51,086 nt of DNA, taken from Candidatus Adlerbacteria bacterium. GTDB lineage: Bacteria > Patescibacteriota > Minisyncoccia > Phycocordibacterales > SBAW01. Shown here piece by piece: positions 46,700 to 51,086 of the stretch. The notes under the pieces are model-generated. The model was not told the origin of the DNA, did no database searches, and saw nothing but the letters and a program-made list of their open reading frames with translations. The DNA lies in NCBI GenBank assembly GCA_003135635.1, contig PLCJ01000003.1:1-51086 (forward strand). Direction: 5' to 3'. A program made the translations under genes and the position numbers. The number at the start of each line of letters is the position of its first letter. Positions within the stretch are counted from its first letter, which is position 1.

Positions 46700-48128
46700 G
46701 CCAGTTGTTACTCGTTTTGCGCCAAGCCCCACCGGCTTTATGCACGTAGGGAGTGTTCGTACCGCGATTTTTGCGTGGCTATTCGCAAGAAAAAATCATG
46801 GCACTTTCATACTGCGTATCGAAGATACTGATAAGGAACGTCAGGTCTTGGGATCAATTGAGCATATTACCGATTCACTCCATTGGCTCGGCATAACTTG
46901 GGACGAAGGAATTGAGGTGGGTGGTTCTCACGGGCCGTATATACAGTCACAACGACTAGATTCTTACAAAAAATATGCGCAAACTCTGATCGACAAGGGG
47001 TATGCCTACCCTGACCCATACACGCAGGAAGAAGTTGAGCAGTGGCGCATGCAGGCTGAGGCACAGCAGCGGCCGTTTCTTTTCCGAGATCATCGACCCC
47101 ATGACACCCGAAAGTGGGATGGTATTCAGCCTCTGCGGTTCAAAATCCCCGAAATTAAACGCTATACATGGCACGATATGGTGCGTGGGAACCTTTCTGC
47201 AGGTGAAGAGGCACTTGATGATTTCGTGCTCATTAAAGGTGATGGATATCCTACGTATAATTTTGCGCATGTCATAGATGATCTAGAGATGAAAGTGACT
47301 CACATAATTCGCGGAGAAGAATTTATTTCTTCAACACCAAAGTTTCTCTCCTTATATGATGCGCTTAGTATTAAGCCTCCCATACTGGCAACGGTGCCTG
47401 TTGTGCTAGCTCCAGACGGCAAGAAAAAACTCAGTAAACGCGATGGGGCAAAAGATGTTCTTGAGTATCGCAAAGAGGGATATCTTCCAGAGGCAATCAT
47501 AAATTTTCTTTCTCTTCTTGGCTGGCATCCAGAAGGGGAACAGGAGGTGATGAGTATTGCGGAGCTTACTGATGCATTTGAACTTGAGCGTGTACAAAAA
47601 GGAGGCGCTATTTTCGACAATATTAAATTACGATGGATGAACCAACAACATCTCAAACGTATCTCTGATAAGGAGTTTATAAAGCAACTTACTGTGCTCA
47701 TGAATGAACGTGGTGAACAGGTACCCACGTATACGCAGCAGATACTTTCGCTCTTACGTGAGCGTTCAGCAACACTTGGTGAGGCGGCTAACATGCTTTC
47801 TTCTGGAGAATTTAATTTTTATGAAGCAGTATCTGTTGATGCTGCTCTCCTTATGCAGAACGTCCAAGCCGACCGAGAAACGGTGAAGCGCCATCTTGAA
47901 AAAGTACGGATATTAATTGAACCAACTTCTGGCGAAAACTTCAGTGCAGAAAGGATAAAAGAACTCATATTTCCATATGCAAATGAACAGGGTAGGGGAG
48001 CAGTACTATGGCCCTTACGTGTGGCACTTTCAGGAAAAGAAAAATCTCCAGATCCCTTTACCCTTGCAGAGTTATTGGGTAAAGATCAAACACTTCAACG
48101 CATTAAATCGGCACTCCAGGTGCTTTAA
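46689..48128 (+). CDS. gltX: Glutamate--tRNA ligase
   Basis: RFAPSPTGFMHVGS, LRIEDTD, PTYNFAHVIDD, RGEE, KLSKR. Start set at ATG 46689. Confidence 0.97.
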   Translation: MNPKPVVTRFAPSPTGFMHVGSVRTAIFAWLFARKNHGTFILRIEDTDKERQVLGSIEHITDSLHWLGITWDEGIEVGGSHGPYIQSQRLDSYKKYAQTLIDKGYAYPDPYTQEEVEQWRMQAEAQQRPFLFRDHRPHDTRKWDGIQPLRFKIPEIKRYTWHDMVRGNLSAGEEALDDFVLIKGDGYPTYNFAHVIDDLEMKVTHIIRGEEFISSTPKFLSLYDALSIKPPILATVPVVLAPDGKKKLSKRDGAKDVLEYRKEGYLPEAIINFLSLLGWHPEGEQEVMSIAELTDAFELERVQKGGAIFDNIKLRWMNQQHLKRISDKEFIKQLTVLMNERGEQVPTYTQQILSLLRERSATLGEAANMLSSGEFNFYEAVSVDAALLMQNVQADRETVKRHLEKVRILIEPTSGENFSAERIKELIFPYANEQGRGAVLWPLRVALSGKEKSPDPFTLAELLGKDQTLQRIKSALQVL

Positions 48129-48243
48129 ATCATCTTAACTTTATCAACAGGGTTCGCTTTTTTTCCTTTCTAGAAAGCTCATACTTAAGGGTGCGGGAGA
48201 AGGTCGAGCCGCAAATAAACTAACTTTTCAGTATCCTATATTC

Positions 48244-48480
48244 ATGAAAGCACTTCATGTCATTGCGTTCATACTTCTTATAATCGGTGGTCTCGATTGG
48301 GGATTGGTAGGCCTTGGTGCCTTCCTTGGCGGTGCAAATTGGAATGTAGTCAATTTGCTTCTGGGCAACTGGCCCCAAGTCGAATGGGCTGTCTATGTTC
48401 TTGTGGGCCTCTCCGCTCTCGTATTGCTGTTTTCACACAAGCGAGATTGTAAAACGTGCTCAGCAGGCGCAAGTCAGTAG
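48244..48480 (+). CDS. DUF378-like small membrane protein
   Basis: LLIIGGLDWGLVG..NVVNLLLG..VYVLVGLSAL pattern. Confidence 0.85.
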   Translation: MKALHVIAFILLIIGGLDWGLVGLGAFLGGANWNVVNLLLGNWPQVEWAVYVLVGLSALVLLFSHKRDCKTCSAGASQ

Positions 48481-48512
48481 TAGGGAAGTAGTCTTGTCTC
48501 GTTATTTAAGAT

Positions 48513-48545
48513 AACCCTCTTTTTCTAAAGGGGGTTCTCTTTTTT
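48513..48545 (+). terminator. Intrinsic terminator
   Basis: aaccctcttt / aaagggggtt stem followed by ctctttttt. Confidence 0.8.
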
Positions 48546-48851
48546 ATGAAATAAGTCACTTCCCTTTCTTTGAGTATTTTGATCTAGATTTATTTCTATA
48601 CTCAAAAAACAATTTCTCTGTTGAGAAAAAACGATTTATAAGGTAGCAAAGAAGGGGAGGGGTAAGGGATGTCTCCTTAGACAGTGATCCGGGAATACAC
48701 TGGTGCTGAAGTAGACTATACGTCGCACAATATACCTTTTGCGACCTATTATACAAGCCTTTTAATATCGGCTTCAAAATAACCTCAGGAAACTTTCTTT
48801 ACTCTTCTCCTGAGGTTCTAGATATATAATTTCAGTGCTAACATGTAAAAA

Positions 48852-49142
48852 ATGGCAAATCCCCTAAATGGTACTTCTTATATTGTAAGTTTTGAGCTGG
48901 GAACTGGAGCAAACAAAGAGGCCTTAATTGCTGCTTTAAAATCCTATGGGACATGGGGGCGGGTAACAAATGAGACGTGGGTAATCGTGGCCCTCTCTGA
49001 TAATGCAGCTTCTGTGAGGGATAAACTCACTCCTTTCATTGGCACTGGCGGAAGGATATTTATCGTAAAGTCTGGCTTCGAAGCTGCGTGGCAAAATGCG
49101 GCATGTGATAGTGAGTGGTTGAAAAAATATCTAGAGAACTAA
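48852..49142 (+). CDS. Small ferredoxin-like-fold protein, VapD/Cas2-like
   Basis: YIVSFEL..LIAALKSYGTW..ETWVIV..VRDKL..IFIVK..AAW..WLKKYL has a beta-alpha-beta-beta-alpha-beta pattern with an acidic residue ending beta1, as in VapD/Cas2. The fold call is inference. Confidence 0.55.
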   Translation: MANPLNGTSYIVSFELGTGANKEALIAALKSYGTWGRVTNETWVIVALSDNAASVRDKLTPFIGTGGRIFIVKSGFEAAWQNAACDSEWLKKYLEN

Positions 49143-49143
49143 A

Positions 49144-49575
49144 ATGGGAAATCAAAATCAGAGCGAAAACCCTATACAAATAGAACGAGCAAGAATTGGT
49201 TCTATATCCGTTTACGACGTTACTGAAGATGAGTTAGAAATAATAGAACAAGGCCCCATAGGATCAGTTTATTTGAATATATGTGTGGCTTCCTTTTCAA
49301 TAGGTTTAACTTTCATACTTACACTTACGACGGCGACATTTTCAGACCTGAGATGGTTCACGGTTTGCGTTGTTATAGCGGTGTTAACCATAATGAGCGG
49401 AATAATTACTTTAATTATATGGCTACAAAATAGAAAAAACTACGGGAAAGTTTTTAAAAGAATAAAGGGTCGTAAAAATACGGCACTCAAAAAAGATATT
49501 GAGCCAAATGCCATATTAGAAGCCTATACACTTTTAGATTCGAGCAATAATAGGAAAGAAGCGAAGAGAGGATAA
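49144..49575 (+). CDS. Two-TM membrane protein, hypothetical
   Basis: Acidic N-terminal domain, two adjacent hydrophobic helices and a basic C-terminal tail; starts 1 nt after the upstream stop. Confidence 0.75.
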   Translation: MGNQNQSENPIQIERARIGSISVYDVTEDELEIIEQGPIGSVYLNICVASFSIGLTFILTLTTATFSDLRWFTVCVVIAVLTIMSGIITLIIWLQNRKNYGKVFKRIKGRKNTALKKDIEPNAILEAYTLLDSSNNRKEAKRG

Positions 49576-49688
49576 GGTTTTAAAATCTCCTCTTAAAATA
49601 TTCAAAAATAGGATGCCGACTCCGGTCTTCCCTATTGTCCCCATCTCCACAACTCCTATGCTTGTTAAAACCCATGTAAAGTATAGAA

Positions 49689-50069
49689 ATGGACCGCTGG
49701 ACCAAACTCTATTCTCCGCTTATTGGTCGCATCTTCTTAGGCGGATTTTTCCTTTGGAATGGAATTGAGGAAATTCTTAATTTCTCGGGCACACAAAATA
49801 TTTTTCTTGCTATCAATAACCTGCCTTATCCCACCATATTTGCGATCCTCGCAACTGCAATTGAAGTTCTCGGAGGCATTATGCTAATCGTCGGCCTTAA
49901 AACACGAATCTCAGCTACAGTACTTATCCTCTACATACTCGTTACTTCAACACTGTTTTTCAGTTCGTCAACCTCGCTCACGACACAATTATTCTTAGAA
50001 AACATGGCCGTTGTAGGCGGTCTGCTGTACGTCACTGCCTATGGGGCCGGCAGTTGGAGTAAGGACTAG
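49689..50069 (+). CDS. DoxX family membrane protein
   Basis: LIGRIFLGGFFLWNG..IEVLGGIMLIVGLKTRISA..FLENMAVVGGLL. Confidence 0.9.
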   Translation: MDRWTKLYSPLIGRIFLGGFFLWNGIEEILNFSGTQNIFLAINNLPYPTIFAILATAIEVLGGIMLIVGLKTRISATVLILYILVTSTLFFSSSTSLTTQLFLENMAVVGGLLYVTAYGAGSWSKD

Positions 50070-50075
50070 AGGTTT

Positions 50076-50534
50076 TTACTTAACAGCGTCTGCGAGTGCT
50101 TTTCCAGCATTAGATTTGCTCCAGCAGGCTGAAGATGAGGCCCAAGGTTGGGTTCCCTGCTTCTCATACAAATATTGTGCGTAGGCAACATTGCCCTGAA
50201 GCGTGTAGAGATCAAAACCGAGTTTCTTTGCTGCTGCCCCTTGATAATGTTGGTTAATTTGCATAACCCCCACATCTTTATTATTTATCTGCCCACGGTA
50301 TACCGATCCGTCACTGGCATACTGACGGTCATGAGATTCACATTGCGCGATAGCAACCATAATCGGCTCATCGGCGAAATAGGAGGCAACATACTGCCCA
50401 ACGCTCTGAGCTTGGGGCATTTCTACTTGTTGCGTTTGATCTAGAGAGATTGATTGCGCGGTGCTTGTAGCACTCACTGCTGTACCGTTTAGCGCTAAAG
50501 AAAGTGCTAAAGATACACCGATAATAAGAGGCAT
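50076..50534 (-). CDS. Secreted lysozyme-like/lytic transglycosylase (SLT-like) protein
   Basis: Signal peptide, IAQCES (catalytic Glu), DVGVMQIN, and a GTQPW..S..CW end. Confidence 0.8.
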   Translation of the reverse strand: MPLIIGVSLALSLALNGTAVSATSTAQSISLDQTQQVEMPQAQSVGQYVASYFADEPIMVAIAQCESHDRQYASDGSVYRGQINNKDVGVMQINQHYQGAAAKKLGFDLYTLQGNVAYAQYLYEKQGTQPWASSSACWSKSNAGKALADAVK

Positions 50535-50737
50535 TAGTTTTGTAGTTCTAGTTTAAGATTCAAGAATAAGCGCACCGGAAACAAAAAAGCTCCGGCTCGA
50601 CTGCCAGAGACAAAGAATATGATAGCAGGTTTCTTTAAGTGAGGGCAATAGGGAGGTATTGACAGAAAAACCCTCTTCCCCATTGCGATTGAGGATAACT
50701 TTCTTGACCAAAATCTCCTTATTTTATAACGTTTTTA

Positions 50738-50808
50738 TCGGGCCGCCGGGAATCGAACCCGGTCTACATCCACCCCATGGACGCGTACTGCCGGTATACT
50801 ACGGCCCG
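50738..50808 (-). tRNA. tRNA-Pro(GGG)
   Basis: Minus-strand cloverleaf: acceptor CGGGCCG/CGGCCCG, discriminator A, anticodon stem CGTCC/GGATG with loop ATGGGGT, T-arm CCGGG-TTCGATT-CCCGG. CCA is not encoded. Confidence 0.92.
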
Positions 50809-50904
50809 CTTTTATTTCTGCCTTTTGATCTCTACGGGGGCATTATAACCCAGAATGTCTTGATATTTCTTGCGTAAGGAGGATTTATGTGCTATTTGTG
50901 ATAC

Positions 50905-51086
50905 ATGGCTTCAAAGAAAGCAGGCGGTACCGCTAAAAACCTAACCGATTCTCAGCCGAAATACCTCGGGGTAAAGCTGTTTGCTGGGCAGATTGCTAAG
51001 CCAGGCGACGTCCTGGTGCGCCAGCGCGGTACACGAATGATCCCGGGCGCTCATGTAGGCATCGGCAAAGACCACACCCTATTTGC
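50905..51086 (+). CDS. rpmA: 50S ribosomal protein L27, 3'-truncated by the window edge (absent from the ORF track)
   Basis: Translates to [46 protein letters not shown]. Confidence 0.96.
   Translation, partial: MASKKAGGTAKNLTDSQPKYLGVKLFAGQIAKPGDVLVRQRGTRMIPGAHVGIGKDHTLF

Noticed and set aside
1932-47886. The many 60-210 aa ORFs nested in or antisense to recognised genes (e.g. 7042-7674, 9643-10281, 13599-14078, 39537-40043, 47300-47794)
   Set aside because: They overlap confidently identified genes, show no family motifs and are expected by chance at this GC content.
48556-48777. 73-aa minus-strand ORF upstream of the low-GC pair
   Set aside because: No recognisable motif or start signal, and it overlaps the inverted repeats; the region is better treated as non-coding until shown otherwise.
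50659-50877. 72-aa ORF on the + strand
   Set aside because: It is the antisense reading of tRNA-Pro (the GPPGIEPG pattern typical of tRNA shadows).
50876-50882. AAGGAGG as the ribosome-binding site of rpmA
   Set aside because: It ends 22 nt before the ATG, too far for an SD, and falls in the spacer of a probable promoter (TTGCGT-17-TATTTG).
1-51086. CRISPR array or cas locus suggested by the Cas4-like nuclease (18844) and the Cas2-like protein (48852)
   Set aside because: No regularly spaced repeats and no cas1 were seen; the two genes are 30 kb apart in unrelated contexts.

Overview
A core-chromosome segment of an ultra-small bacterium. I infer Patescibacteria/CPR, most likely Parcubacteria, from the short intergenic spaces, scarce Shine-Dalgarno motifs, many genes starting 6-9 nt after a -10 box, an archaeal-type AspRS, a sigma4-HTH/HARE-HTH protein and pilin-like small membrane proteins. 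TGA acts as a stop (e.g. leuS, hicA), so code 11 applies. Almost all genes are on the + strand. In order: the end of a surface-glycosylation-like membrane protein cluster, a PG-binding protein, a flavodoxin-fold oxidoreductase, hicB-hicA, ychF, leuS, mltG, mnmA, a nuclease/repair block, an M16 peptidase pair, alaS, an orphan islet, infA-rpmJ-rpsM-rpsK-rpsD-rpoA-rplQ-rplM-rpsI, grpE-dnaK-(ABC)-dnaJ, trpS, aspS, scpAB, a dac-mraY-ftsW-murG block, gltX, a low-GC two-gene islet, tRNA-Pro(GGG) and the start of rpmA. No CRISPR array, integrase or transposase was seen. Four things most deserve follow-up. (1) LeuRS carries a complete NUDIX hydrolase inside its CP1 editing domain, while AlaRS in the same window lacks its editing domain. 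(2) A ~285-nt structured RNA has its own near-consensus promoter and terminator (about 25292-25576), sits between two orphan ORFs and matches no RNA family I can recognise. (3) A low-GC pair of a VapD/Cas2-like ferredoxin-fold protein and a 2-TM protein is a candidate defence or toxin module. (4) An ATP-cone domain is fused to a PD-(D/E)xK nuclease. All family calls come from motif recognition by eye; no database search was run.
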